A DNA stretch of 63,831 bases, the filler included. It is 6 parts of 6 records of this genome, joined end to end, with 100 filler letters (N's around TTAATTAATTAA, not from the genome) between each part and the next. Parts side by side here need not be neighbours in the genome. Positions count along the whole stretch, not along the records: positions 1 to 8,137 come from DRR723986_6184; positions 8,238 to 23,648 come from DRR723986_6191; 4 more parts are not named here. The stretch is one strand, 5' to 3'. Under the pieces are notes generated by a model, which was not told the origin of the DNA, searched no databases, and was given only the letters and a program-made list of their open reading frames with translations. The number at the start of each line of letters is the position of its first letter. Positions within the stretch are counted from its first letter, which is position 1. The position numbers and the translations under genes are program-made. Of this stretch, positions 1 through 9,656 are shown in pieces.

Positions 1-9
1 TCGGGGAGC

Positions 10-30
10 CCGAGGGGCAGCGCCCCTCGG
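10..30. repeat. GC-rich REP-like palindrome (CCGAGGGGC-agc-GCCCCTCGG)
   Basis: Perfect 9-bp stem with a 3-nt loop at the contig start, in intergenic DNA upstream of glyS. Confidence 0.45.
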
Positions 31-122
31 TCCCCTCGCCGCCACGCGCCCCCCATATCCGCTTGCCGCCCCTGCCCCGGCCCGGTAATCACCCCCCGAC
101 CACGGCCGCAGGGAAAGACGTC

Positions 123-2303
123 ATGCCCGACCTTCTGATCGAACTCTTCTCCGAGGAAATCCCGGCCCGGATGCAGGCCCGCGCCGCATCCGACCTGCAG
201 AAGATGGTGACCGACGGCCTCGTCGAGGCCGGTCTGACCTATGCCGCCGCCCGCGCCTTTCACACGCCCCGCCGTCTCACGCTGGCTGTGGAGGGGCTGA
301 CCGCCCATTCGCCCACCCTGCGCGAGGAACGCCGCGGCCCCAAGGTCGGCGCGCCCGACAAGGCGATCGAAGGCTTCCTGCGCGGCGCGGGCGTCACCCG
401 TGACCAGCTCGAAGAGCGGGCGGAGAAGAAGGGCGCCTTCTACTACGCCACCGTCGTGACAGAGGGCCGCCCCGCGCAGGCCATCGTCGCGGAGGTGCTG
501 GAAAGGACCGTCCGCAGCTTCCCCTGGCCCAAGTCGATGCGCTGGGGCGCGGGCACGCTGCGCTGGGTCCGCCCGCTGCACCGCATCCTCTGCCTGCTCT
601 CGGACGAAGGCGGCACCGAAGTCGTGCCGCTGGAGATCGACGGCATCACGGCGGGCGCCGAGACCGAGGGCCACCGCTTCCTCGCCCCGGGCGCCTTCTC
701 CGTGACCGGCTTCGACGACTACGCGGCCAAGCTGAAGCGCTCCTATGTGGTGCTGGACGCGCAGGAACGCGCCGAGACCATCCGCAACGACGCCGCCAAC
801 GCGGCCTTCGCCCAAGGCCTCGAGGTCGTGGAGGACGAAGGCCTTCTGGCCGAGGTCGCGGGGCTGGTCGAATGGCCCGTGGTGCTGATGGGCGAGATCG
901 GCGAGGCCTTCCTCGGCCTGCCGCCCGAGGTGCTGCAGACCTCGATGAAGGAGCACCAGAAGTTCTTCTCGGTGAAGAACCCCAAGACGGGCCGGATCGA
1001 GAAATTCGTGACGGTGGCGAATGTCGAGACGGCGGACGACGGCGCCACCATCCTCGCGGGCAACCAGAAGGTTCTGGCGGCGCGCCTGTCCGATGCACGG
1101 TTCTTCTGGGACAACGACCTGCGCGTGGCCAAGGAGCAGGGGCTGGAGGTCTGGACCGACCGCCTGTCCAACGTGACCTTCCACAACAAGCTGGGGTCGC
1201 AGAAGGACCGCATCGACCGCATCGCGGCCTTGGCGCGCGACTTGGCCCCGCTGGTCGGCGCCGAAGCGGATCAGGCCGAACAGGCGGCCCGGATCGCCAA
1301 GGCCGACCTGTCGTCGGAAATGGTCTACGAATTCCCCGAACTTCAGGGCCTCATGGGCCGCTACTATGCCGAGGCCGCGGGCCTGCCCGAGGCGGTCGCG
1401 GCGGCGGCGCAGGAACACTACTCGCCGCTTGGGCCGTCGGACGCCGTGCCCACCGCGCCGGTCTCGGTCGCCGTGGCGCTGGCCGACAAGATCGACACGC
1501 TGACCGGCTTCTGGGCCATCGACGAGAAGCCCACCGGGTCGAAAGACCCCTACGCCCTCCGCCGCGCCGCGCTGGGGGTGATCCGGCTGGTGCTGGCGAA
1601 CGGGTTGCGGCTGGACTTGTCAGAGGTTTGCAAAGCCGGCCTATTGTCCGGCATCCACGTCAGGGATTGGATCTCCGCAAAGGCAGAACGAAACGCTCTT
1701 TTCGCCGCCACGGATTTGCCGACCTTTATCGCTGAACGCGAGGGAACGGATGTTTCATCGGAGGTCCGTGCTTTGTCCTCCGACCTCCTCTCCTTCATCC
1801 ACGACCGCCTCAAGGTACACCTGCGCGCCGAGGGCATCCCGCATGACGTCATCGACGCCTGTCTCGCCATGCCGGGCAGCGACGACCTCACCCTGCTGGT
1901 GAAGCGCGCCGAGGCCATGGCGACCGTGCTCAAGACCGAGGACGGCAGGAACCTCGTGCAGGGCTTCAAGCGCGCGAACAACATCCTCACGCAGGCCGAG
2001 GAGAAGGACGGCGTCGAATACTCCTTCGGCGCCGACCCCAAATTCGCCGAAACCGACGAGGAACGCGCGCTTTTCGCAGCCCTCGACGCGGCCGACACCA
2101 AGATCAAACCCGCGATGGAGGCCGAGGACTTCGCCACCGCGATGGAGGCCATGGCCACGCTCCGCGCCCCCATCGACGCCTTCTTCGAGGCGGTGCAGGT
2201 CAACAGCGACAATTCGGTGGTGCGCCGCAACCGGCTCAACCTGCTCAGCCGCATCCGCCAGACCTGCCTTCAGGTCGCGGACCTCACCCGGATCGAGGGC
2301 TGA
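123..2303 (+). CDS. glyS: Glycine--tRNA ligase beta subunit
   Basis: N-terminus MPDLLIELFSEEIPARMQ, WPKSMRWG, EFPELQGLMG, PTGSKDPYALRRAALG, C-terminal RNRLNLL (DALR-like); start taken at ATG 123 rather than TTG 63. Confidence 0.97.
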   Translation: MPDLLIELFSEEIPARMQARAASDLQKMVTDGLVEAGLTYAAARAFHTPRRLTLAVEGLTAHSPTLREERRGPKVGAPDKAIEGFLRGAGVTRDQLEERAEKKGAFYYATVVTEGRPAQAIVAEVLERTVRSFPWPKSMRWGAGTLRWVRPLHRILCLLSDEGGTEVVPLEIDGITAGAETEGHRFLAPGAFSVTGFDDYAAKLKRSYVVLDAQERAETIRNDAANAAFAQGLEVVEDEGLLAEVAGLVEWPVVLMGEIGEAFLGLPPEVLQTSMKEHQKFFSVKNPKTGRIEKFVTVANVETADDGATILAGNQKVLAARLSDARFFWDNDLRVAKEQGLEVWTDRLSNVTFHNKLGSQKDRIDRIAALARDLAPLVGAEADQAEQAARIAKADLSSEMVYEFPELQGLMGRYYAEAAGLPEAVAAAAQEHYSPLGPSDAVPTAPVSVAVALADKIDTLTGFWAIDEKPTGSKDPYALRRAALGVIRLVLANGLRLDLSEVCKAGLLSGIHVRDWISAKAERNALFAATDLPTFIAEREGTDVSSEVRALSSDLLSFIHDRLKVHLRAEGIPHDVIDACLAMPGSDDLTLLVKRAEAMATVLKTEDGRNLVQGFKRANNILTQAEEKDGVEYSFGADPKFAETDEERALFAALDAADTKIKPAMEAEDFATAMEAMATLRAPIDAFFEAVQVNSDNSVVRRNRLNLLSRIRQTCLQVADLTRIEG

Positions 2304-2739
2304 CATCCCGGGCGGCGCCCCTCCCGAAAGGGGCGCGCCCGACGGCCTTCCAAACCGCCCACAGGAACGCCCGATCCCCGAAGGACCCGGGCCTCCGCCA
2401 CCACCGCTGCCCTCGCCGCGCGCCCCTGCGACCCGCAGCGAACGCAGCCTCCCGTCCCGAAGCCCGCTCCGCCCCCCGGGAGGGCGCCCCACCGCCACCG
2501 CACCACCCCCCGGCATCGCCCGTACGGAACCCCTGCCGCGCCGCCACCAGCGCTTCGCCCCCTGAAGGCGCCCAGCCCTTCTTCTGTCCCGAAATATCCC
2601 CGCCGGAGGCATCCGACGCCGCCCCTCGCGCAGGCCTCGCGCCTCACGCACCCACCCCGCACCGCGCCCCCGCGACGCCAGCCCATCTTGCCAGACGGCC
2701 CGACAGCCGTATTCTGCGCCCCAACGAAAAGGTGCCGCA

Positions 2740-5307
2740 GTGCAGAAACCCAGCGACGACAACCCCCATGTGACCCTCATCACGCCCAGTGCGCCGATGT
2801 CTCCGCCGACCCACGGCGGGCGGGCCAAGTGTTTGCAGCGCCTCGTGCGGCTGGACCTGCCGGTGCCGCGCACCGTCGCGCTGTCCTTCGACACCGTGCA
2901 TGCCATCGCGCAGGGCTCTCTGCCGGACATGGCCGCGCTGGTCGGCGCCTTCGACCCGGGCGCGCTGCTTTGCGTGCGGCCCTCGTCGCAAGAGACCGAC
3001 TGGGGCGGGCCGGGGGCGATCCTCAACATCGGCATGAACCATGACCGGCTCGAGGCGCTGGGGCGCGACATCGGCGCCCGGGCCGCGACCGGGCTCTACC
3101 TGCGCTTCGTCGAGGCCTATGCGGTGCATGTCGCCCGTCTCGACCCGGATCTCTTCGACGGGATCGAGGACTCCGGCCCCGAGGGGCTCGCCCGCGCGTT
3201 GCAGGCCTATGAGGAAGAGGCCGAAGAGCCCTTTCCGCAGGATCCGCAGCGCCAGCTCTCCGAGGTGCTGCGGTCCATGGCCCGCGCGTGGGAGGGCACG
3301 ACCGCACGGCTGCTGCGGCAGGCGCGGGGCGCGCCGGTGGATGCGGGGCTGGGCCTTGTCGTGCAAGAGATGGCGCCGGGGCTGGGGCGCGGCGAATGCG
3401 GCTCGGGCGTGCTGCAACTGGTCAACTCCGAGACCGGCCTGCCGCAGATCACCGGACGCTACCTGAGCCAGAGTCAGGGCCGCGAGGCGCTGAGCGGCGG
3501 CGCGGCCAGCCTCTACCTCGAACGCGATCCGCGCGGGCCGTCGCTGGAAGAGGCCGCGCCCGAAGCCTTTGCCCTGCTCAAGGAGTATGCGCGGCTGATG
3601 CGGCGGCGGTTGCGTGCCGAGATGCAGATCGAGTTCACCATTCAGAACGGCACGCTGCACATCCTCGACGGGGTGCGCGTGCCGCGCAGCACCCGCGCCG
3701 CCCTGCGCATCGCCGTGCGGCTGGCCGAGGACGGCATCATCACCCCCGAAGAGGCGGTCATGCGGATCGAACCGCGCGCGGTGTCGGAACTGCTGCACCG
3801 CCAGATCGCCCCGGGCGCCGCGCGCAGCCTGATCGGGCGCGGGATCGCCGCCTCTCCGGGCGCGGCGACGGGCCGGATCGTCTTTTCCGCCGCCGAGGCG
3901 CTGGCCAGCGCCGCGCGCAACGAGCCCTGCATCCTCGTCCGGCGCGAGACCTCGCCCGAGGATGTGCGCGGGATGCACGCCGCCGTGGGCGTGCTGACGG
4001 AACGCGGCGGCATGACCAGCCACGCCGCGGTGATCGGGCGCGGACTTGGCCTGCCCTGCGTGGTGGGCGCGGCGCGGATGCGCTTCAACCTGCAACGCCG
4101 GACCCTGACCTCGGAGCGCGGGCAGAGCTTCCGCGAGGGCGACGTCATCACGCTGGACGGCACCAGCGGCGAGGTGCTGGAGGGCAGCCCCGCCACGGTG
4201 GAGGCGGCGCTGGACGAGGCCTTTCAGGTGCTCATGGGCTGGGCCGACGCGGCGCGCGACATCGCCATACGCGCCAATGCCGACACGCCCAAGGATGCCG
4301 CCACCGCGCGCAACTTCGCCGCGCAGGGGATCGGGCTGTGCCGCACCGAGCACATGTTCTTCGAAGCCGACCGCCTGACGCCGATGCGCGAGATGATCTT
4401 TGCCGACACCATCGAGGACCGGCAGGCCGCACTGGCGCTGATCCTGCCGATGCAGCGCAAGGATTTCACCGAGCTGTTCCGCATCATGGAGGGGCTGCCG
4501 GTCTGCATCCGCCTCTTCGATCCGCCGCTGCACGAGTTCCTGCCCACCGACCGCGCGGGCCTGCGCGATCTGGCCGAGGCGCTGGACCTGCCGGTCAGCG
4601 ACGTCACGCGGCGGGTTGAATCGCTGGGCGAATACAACCCGATGCTGGGTCTGCGCGGCGTGCGGCTGGGGATCACCGTGCCCGAGATCTACGACATGCA
4701 GGCGCGCGCCATCTTCGAGGCGACGCTGGATGCCAGCCGCGCGGGCGCGCCGGTGGTGCCCGAGATCATGCTGCCTCTGGTTTCGGCCAAGCGCGAGGTC
4801 GAACTGCTGCGCGGGCGCATCGAGGCGGTCGCCACGGCGGTCCGCACCGAGCGCGGGCAGGATTTCACCTTCCGGCTTGGCGTCATGGCGGAAACCCCGC
4901 GCGCCTGCCTGCGCGCCGCCGAGATCGCGCCCTTTGCGCATTTCCTGTCCTTCGGCACCAACGACCTGACGCAGATGACCTACGGGCTGTCGCGCGACGA
5001 TGCGGGGCGGTTCATGTCGGATTACGTCGCGCAGGGGGTCTTCAACGAAGACCCGTTCCACGTGCTCGACACCGATGGCGTCGGAGAGCTTCTGGCGGTG
5101 GGCGCAGAGCGCAGCCGGGCCGCGAATCCCGGCATCACCCTGTCGATCTGCGGAGAGCATGGCGGCAACCCCGATTCCATCGCCTTCTGCCGCGATGTGG
5201 GCATGGACTACGTCAGCTGCTCGCCCTTCCGGGTGCCGGTTGCGCGACTTGCCGCCGCCCAGCTGGCGCTGAGGGCCAAGGGCGTGAAACTGCCGCCGAA
5301 GCTGTGA
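2740..5307 (+). CDS. ppdK: Pyruvate phosphate dikinase-like / PEP-binding protein with divergent N-terminal domain
   Basis: GGMTSHAAV phospho-His motif, GLCRTEHMFF, IRLFDPPLHEF, SFGTNDLTQ, ICGEHGG; lies downstream of glyS. Confidence 0.88.
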   Translation: MQKPSDDNPHVTLITPSAPMSPPTHGGRAKCLQRLVRLDLPVPRTVALSFDTVHAIAQGSLPDMAALVGAFDPGALLCVRPSSQETDWGGPGAILNIGMNHDRLEALGRDIGARAATGLYLRFVEAYAVHVARLDPDLFDGIEDSGPEGLARALQAYEEEAEEPFPQDPQRQLSEVLRSMARAWEGTTARLLRQARGAPVDAGLGLVVQEMAPGLGRGECGSGVLQLVNSETGLPQITGRYLSQSQGREALSGGAASLYLERDPRGPSLEEAAPEAFALLKEYARLMRRRLRAEMQIEFTIQNGTLHILDGVRVPRSTRAALRIAVRLAEDGIITPEEAVMRIEPRAVSELLHRQIAPGAARSLIGRGIAASPGAATGRIVFSAAEALASAARNEPCILVRRETSPEDVRGMHAAVGVLTERGGMTSHAAVIGRGLGLPCVVGAARMRFNLQRRTLTSERGQSFREGDVITLDGTSGEVLEGSPATVEAALDEAFQVLMGWADAARDIAIRANADTPKDAATARNFAAQGIGLCRTEHMFFEADRLTPMREMIFADTIEDRQAALALILPMQRKDFTELFRIMEGLPVCIRLFDPPLHEFLPTDRAGLRDLAEALDLPVSDVTRRVESLGEYNPMLGLRGVRLGITVPEIYDMQARAIFEATLDASRAGAPVVPEIMLPLVSAKREVELLRGRIEAVATAVRTERGQDFTFRLGVMAETPRACLRAAEIAPFAHFLSFGTNDLTQMTYGLSRDDAGRFMSDYVAQGVFNEDPFHVLDTDGVGELLAVGAERSRAANPGITLSICGEHGGNPDSIAFCRDVGMDYVSCSPFRVPVARLAAAQLALRAKGVKLPPKL

Positions 5308-5514
5308 GGGGACAGGGGCTTGGCCCCTTCCCCTGCGGCAGCCGGTCGCATTCATAATCCGCCCGCAGCTAAGGCAAATCCCGCCTCGATCGGCAGGTTT
5401 CCGCCCAAAACCACCGCGCGGTTTACGAAAAACGCGAAATTCCGTATCAGGCTCCGGTCCCGGACGCCGCTGCCAAGGCCCCGGGGCATCCCGAACGACT
5501 GGATGAGACGCCCG

Positions 5515-6147
5515 ATGATGAATGCCTTTCGCTGTGCCGTTGCCCTTGCGGTGGCGGTTGCCTGCACGCCCGCCGTTGCCGATCCCGCCCGCTCTGCCGC
5601 GCAACTCGTGTCGCTGGAAAAGCGCGCCCTCGCCCGTGTCGGCGAAGGCCATCTGAAGGCCATGGTCACGCCCGCCGCCGCCGTGCAGGGTGCCGGCGGC
5701 ATCCGCTACACCAAGGACTGGCTGGCGCGCCAGCCCAAGGCCAGCGGCGGCGCGGAATGGCGCTGCCTCGCCGAGGCGCTGTATTTCGAGGCCCGGGGCG
5801 AGACGGTCAAGGGCCAGTTCGCCGTGGCCGAGGTCATCATGAACCGCGTCTCGTCCTCGCGGTTCCCGCGCTCCGTCTGCGGGGTGGTGCATCAGGGCAC
5901 CGGCAAGAAGTACGGCTGCCAGTTCACCTACACCTGCGACGGCCACCCCGAGGCGATCCGCGAGCCCGGCGCGTGGGAACGCGTGGGCAAGGTCGCCCGC
6001 GCGGTTCTGGACGGCGCCCCCCGCGCCCTGACCGAGGGCGCGACGCACTATCACACCACCGCCGTGTCCCCGAACTGGTCCGCCAAGTACCGTCGTACCG
6101 CGCGCATCGGCGTGCATGTCTTCTACCGCCACACCTACAGGGGCTGA
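5515..6147 (+). CDS. Cell wall hydrolase, SleB/Hydrolase_2 family, with signal peptide
   Basis: CLAEALYFEARGE, VAEVIMNRV, CQFTY, GATHYH, IGVHVFY motifs; start uncertain (5503/5515/5518). Confidence 0.92.
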   Translation: MMNAFRCAVALAVAVACTPAVADPARSAAQLVSLEKRALARVGEGHLKAMVTPAAAVQGAGGIRYTKDWLARQPKASGGAEWRCLAEALYFEARGETVKGQFAVAEVIMNRVSSSRFPRSVCGVVHQGTGKKYGCQFTYTCDGHPEAIREPGAWERVGKVARAVLDGAPRALTEGATHYHTTAVSPNWSAKYRRTARIGVHVFYRHTYRG

Positions 6148-6179
6148 TACGGGGGCCGAGCCGGTCCACGCCGGGTCGA

Positions 6180-6204
6180 GGAACCTTTGACCGGCCCGAA
6201 CGTT
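6180..6204 (+). promoter_or_regulatory. EcfG (general stress response sigma)-type promoter GGAAC-N16-CGTT
   Basis: GGAAC at 6180-6184 and CGTT at 6201-6204 with a 16-nt spacer, ~40 bp upstream of the DUF1328 gene. Confidence 0.75.
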
Positions 6205-6245
6205 GTCGAACCAGCTGAGATTCGACAACGCAGATGGAGGTTCAA

Positions 6246-6419
6246 ATGCTTGGCTGGGCACTGACTTTTCTCGTAGTGGCGATCATCGCCGGCATCCTGG
6301 GCTTCGGCGGCGTGGCCGCTGCATCCGCCGGGATCGCAAAGATCCTCTTCGTGATCTTCCTGGTCCTCTTCGTGGTCATGATGATCGCACGGGCCGTGAG
6401 GGGCAAATCGGTCGTCTGA
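6246..6419 (+). CDS. DUF1328 (UPF0391) small membrane protein
   Basis: [35 protein letters not shown] signature; GGAGG RBS at 6236-6240. Confidence 0.93.
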   Translation: MLGWALTFLVVAIIAGILGFGGVAAASAGIAKILFVIFLVLFVVMMIARAVRGKSVV

Positions 6420-6441
6420 CCGCCTCTCTCCGGCACATCGC

Positions 6442-6472
6442 ACGGGGTCGTCCTGATGGGCGGCCCCGTTTT
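6442..6472 (+). terminator. Probable intrinsic terminator after DUF1328
   Basis: ACGGGGTCGTCC/GGGCGGCCCCGT stem (with G-U pairs) followed by TTT. Confidence 0.55.
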
Positions 6473-6565
6473 GCTGACCTGCCCCTGCGGAAGCCCCGGC
6501 ATACGAGTCATTGACCCCCTGCCAAGCAGAGGGCAGAACCGCGAAAGCACCCGGGGAAAAGACAC

Positions 6566-8113
6566 ATGGACGGCGACACCGACACGCACGGACACTGGAG
6601 CCCTTTCGGACGGCCGCTCTTCGACGATCCGAAGGCGCGCGCGCTGTCGCGGGTGGGCGTGGTCGACATCGGCTCGAACTCGGTGCGGATGGTGGTCTTT
6701 GACGGGGCGGCGCGCAGCCCGGCCTATTTCTTCAACGAAAAGGTGCTCTGCGGTCTTGGCGCGGGGATGAACGAAACCGGGCGGCTCAACCCACAGGGCC
6801 GCGAGCGGGCGCTGAAGGCGATGAAGCGCTTCCGCAAGCTGGCGGACGGCATGGGGCTGGAGGATCTGACCGTGGTCGCCACCGCCGCCATGCGCGACGC
6901 AGAGGACGGCCCGGCGTTTCGCCAGCAACTGGAAACCGAGACCGGGCTGAAGGTTTGGGTCATCGACGGCGCCGAAGAGGCGCGGCTGTCCGCGCAGGGC
7001 GTGCTGCTGGGCTGGCCCGGCTCCTACGGTCTGGTCTGCGACATCGGCGGCTCTTCGATGGAACTGGCCGAGATTTCGGGCGGGGCCGTGGGGCGGCGCA
7101 TGACCTCGGCGCTGGGGCCGCTGAAGCTGAAGGACATCGAGGGAGGGCGCAAGGCCCGTGCCGCGCAGATCCAGTCGGAGATCGACCGGCTGGTGGCCCA
7201 TATGGGCACGCAGCGCGACCGCCTGTTCCTCGTCGGTGGCAGCTGGCGCTCGATCGCCAAGATCGACATGGAGCGGCGCGGCTACCCGCTGCACGTCCTG
7301 CACGAGTACCGCATGGACGCCGAAAGCGTGCGCGAGACGCTGGCCTTCCTCGAAGGACAGGACCCGGATGCGCTGCGCAAGCGCTGCGGCATATCCTCGA
7401 CGCGGATGGCGCTGGTGCCCTTCGCCGCCGAGGTGCTGGCGCAGGTGGTCGAGACCTTCCAGCCCATGGACATCGCCGTCTCTTCCTACGGGATCCGAGA
7501 GGGATTGCTGTACGAGCAGATGCCGCAGGTGCTGCGCGACCGCGATCCGCTGATCGAGGCCTGCCGCTTTGCCGAAGCCAAGGATGCGCGCAACCCGGGC
7601 TTCGGCCGCGACCTCTATGACTTCGTGCTGCCGCTGTTTCCGGACAGCGGCCCGGCGCGGCGGCGGCTGATTAAGGCCGCCTGCCTTCTGCACGACGTCA
7701 GCTGGCGGGCGCATCCCGATTACCGCGCCGAGATCTGCTTCGACAATGCCACGCGCGCCAACCTCGGCGGGCTGAAGCACTGGGAACGGGTCTGGCTGGG
7801 CATGGCGCTGATGCACCGCTACCGCAACAAGCGCGAGGGCACGCGGTTCGAGGATCTCTTCGCGATGCTGGACGAGGCGCACCAGCGCGAGGCAGAGGTG
7901 CTGGGCAAGGCGATGCGCTTCGGCGCGATGCTCTGGTCGCTGCGCGACGAAGACGGACGGGCGCGGCTGGACTGGCAACCGGAGCATGGCGCGCTGACCC
8001 TGCATCTGGGAAGCGAGAGCCGCGCGCTTTACAACGAAGTGGCCGAATCGCGGTTCAGATCCCTCGCCGAAGCCCTGAAGGCCGAACGCTGGGAGGTCGC
8101 CGGCGAGGACTGA
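6566..8113 (+). CDS. ppx: Exopolyphosphatase, Ppx/GppA family
   Basis: VVDIGSNSVRMVV, ATAAMRDA, EEARLSA, DIGGSSMEL, GIREG, HD-like LLHDV. Confidence 0.93.
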   Translation: MDGDTDTHGHWSPFGRPLFDDPKARALSRVGVVDIGSNSVRMVVFDGAARSPAYFFNEKVLCGLGAGMNETGRLNPQGRERALKAMKRFRKLADGMGLEDLTVVATAAMRDAEDGPAFRQQLETETGLKVWVIDGAEEARLSAQGVLLGWPGSYGLVCDIGGSSMELAEISGGAVGRRMTSALGPLKLKDIEGGRKARAAQIQSEIDRLVAHMGTQRDRLFLVGGSWRSIAKIDMERRGYPLHVLHEYRMDAESVRETLAFLEGQDPDALRKRCGISSTRMALVPFAAEVLAQVVETFQPMDIAVSSYGIREGLLYEQMPQVLRDRDPLIEACRFAEAKDARNPGFGRDLYDFVLPLFPDSGPARRRLIKAACLLHDVSWRAHPDYRAEICFDNATRANLGGLKHWERVWLGMALMHRYRNKREGTRFEDLFAMLDEAHQREAEVLGKAMRFGAMLWSLRDEDGRARLDWQPEHGALTLHLGSESRALYNEVAESRFRSLAEALKAERWEVAGED

Positions 8114-8137
8114 TCCCGGGGCACGGGTGCAAGGGGG

Positions 8138-8237
8138 NNNNNNNNNNNNNNNNNNNNNNNNNNNNNNNNNNNNNNNNNNNNTTAATTAATTAANNNNNNN
8201 NNNNNNNNNNNNNNNNNNNNNNNNNNNNNNNNNNNNN
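8138..8237. other. Artificial contig-joining spacer (N-run + TTAATTAATTAA six-frame stop)
   Basis: The same 100-nt linker recurs five times; GC content and gene content change across it. Confidence 0.99.
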
Positions 8238-9656
8238 ACCGGGTTTCCTGAAATGATGGATGGCCGGGTTAAAACGCTGCACCCGATGGTGCACGGCGGT
8301 TTGCTCGCGTTGCGTGACAACGACACCCATGTGGCCGCGATGGAAGAACACGGCATTGGCGCCATCGATCTGCTGGTTGTGAACCTCTATCCGTTTGAGG
8401 CGGCGCTGGCGCGCGGTGCGGATTATGACGAGATGATCGAAAACATCGACATTGGTGGCCCGGCGATGATCCGTGCGGCATCCAAGAACCACTCGTTCGT
8501 GAACGTTGTGGTCGATGTGCAGGATTATGATGCGCTGCTGGCCGAGTTGGACGCCAACGACGGTCAAACCTCTTACACATTCCGTCAGAAACTGGCGCAG
8601 ACGGCCTATGCCCGCACTGCGGCCTACGATGCCTCTGTATCGAACTGGATGGCGGGTCAGCTGGAATTGGAAGCCCCCCGTCGCCGCGCCTTTGCAGGTG
8701 AGCTGAAACAGACCCTGCGCTATGGTGAGAACAGCCACCAAAAGGCGTCGTTCTACACAGACGGCAGCGCGCGCCCCGGCGTTGCGACCGCCGTTCAGCT
8801 GCAGGGCAAAGAGCTCAGCTATAACAACATCAACGATACTGATGCTGCTTATGAGCTGGTTGCGGAATTCTCACCCGCCGACAGCGCGGCTGTGGCAATC
8901 ATCAAGCACGCCAACCCTTGTGGCGTGGCAACAGGTGCAACCCTGTCGGAAGCCTATCAAAAAGCGTTCGATTGTGACCGGACATCAGCGTTTGGGGGCA
9001 TCGTTGCCCTGAACAAGCCACTGGATGGTGAAACCGCTGCCAAGATTGTTGAGATCTTTACCGAAGTTGTCATCGCGCCCGGTGCGTCGGATGAGGCGAA
9101 AGAGATCTTTGCGGCCAAGAAGAACCTCCGTTTGCTGCTGACCGATGCCCTGCCTGATCCCCGTAAGGCGATCACTGCTTACAAGCAGGTTGCTGGTGGA
9201 ATGTTAGTTCAGGACAAAGACGTTGGTTATGTGGACATGGCGGACCTAAAGGTCGTGACCAAAAAAGCGCCGACCGAGGCGCAGTTGCAGGATTTGTTGT
9301 TTGCTTGGAAAGTCGCCAAGCACGTCAAATCAAACGCCATCGTCTATGTGAAAGACAGCGCAACTGTTGGCGTCGGCGCGGGTCAGATGAGCCGTCTCGA
9401 CAGCGCCAATGTGGCCGCAGCCAAAGCCGGTCGTATGGCTGTTGAACTGGGCTTGGACGAAAGCCTCGCCAAAGGCAGCGCCGTGGCCTCTGACGCGTTC
9501 TTCCCCTTTGCGGATGGTCTGCTGGAAGCCGCCGCAGCGGGCGGCACATGCGTCATTCAACCCGGCGGATCCATGCGTGACAACGAAGTCATCGCAGCCG
9601 CAGACGAAGCAGGACTGGCCATGGTATTTACCGGCATGCGCCACTTCCGTCACTGA
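8238..9656 (+). CDS. purH: Bifunctional AICAR transformylase/IMP cyclohydrolase (5'-truncated by contig edge)
   Basis: [60 protein letters not shown]. Confidence 0.97.
   Translation, partial: TGFPEMMDGRVKTLHPMVHGGLLALRDNDTHVAAMEEHGIGAIDLLVVNLYPFEAALARGADYDEMIENIDIGGPAMIRAASKNHSFVNVVVDVQDYDALLAELDANDGQTSYTFRQKLAQTAYARTAAYDASVSNWMAGQLELEAPRRRAFAGELKQTLRYGENSHQKASFYTDGSARPGVATAVQLQGKELSYNNINDTDAAYELVAEFSPADSAAVAIIKHANPCGVATGATLSEAYQKAFDCDRTSAFGGIVALNKPLDGETAAKIVEIFTEVVIAPGASDEAKEIFAAKKNLRLLLTDALPDPRKAITAYKQVAGGMLVQDKDVGYVDMADLKVVTKKAPTEAQLQDLLFAWKVAKHVKSNAIVYVKDSATVGVGAGQMSRLDSANVAAAKAGRMAVELGLDESLAKGSAVASDAFFPFADGLLEAAAAGGTCVIQPGGSMRDNEVIAAADEAGLAMVFTGMRHFRH

Noticed and set aside
2644..6261. 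1205-aa minus-strand ORF (and similar long antisense ORFs at 6242-8005, 10966-12153, 17211-19358, 34559-35782)
   Set aside because: Shadow ORFs opposite well-supported genes; biased codon usage in GC-rich DNA removes antisense stops, and the products show no family motifs
8182..8193. TTAATTAATTAA palindrome repeated five times within N-runs
   Set aside because: Synthetic six-frame-stop linker, not a biological repeat; gene adjacency across it was ignored
8238..9656. purH, purU and the last metal permease appear truncated
   Set aside because: The truncations coincide with contig edges, so they are not pseudogenes
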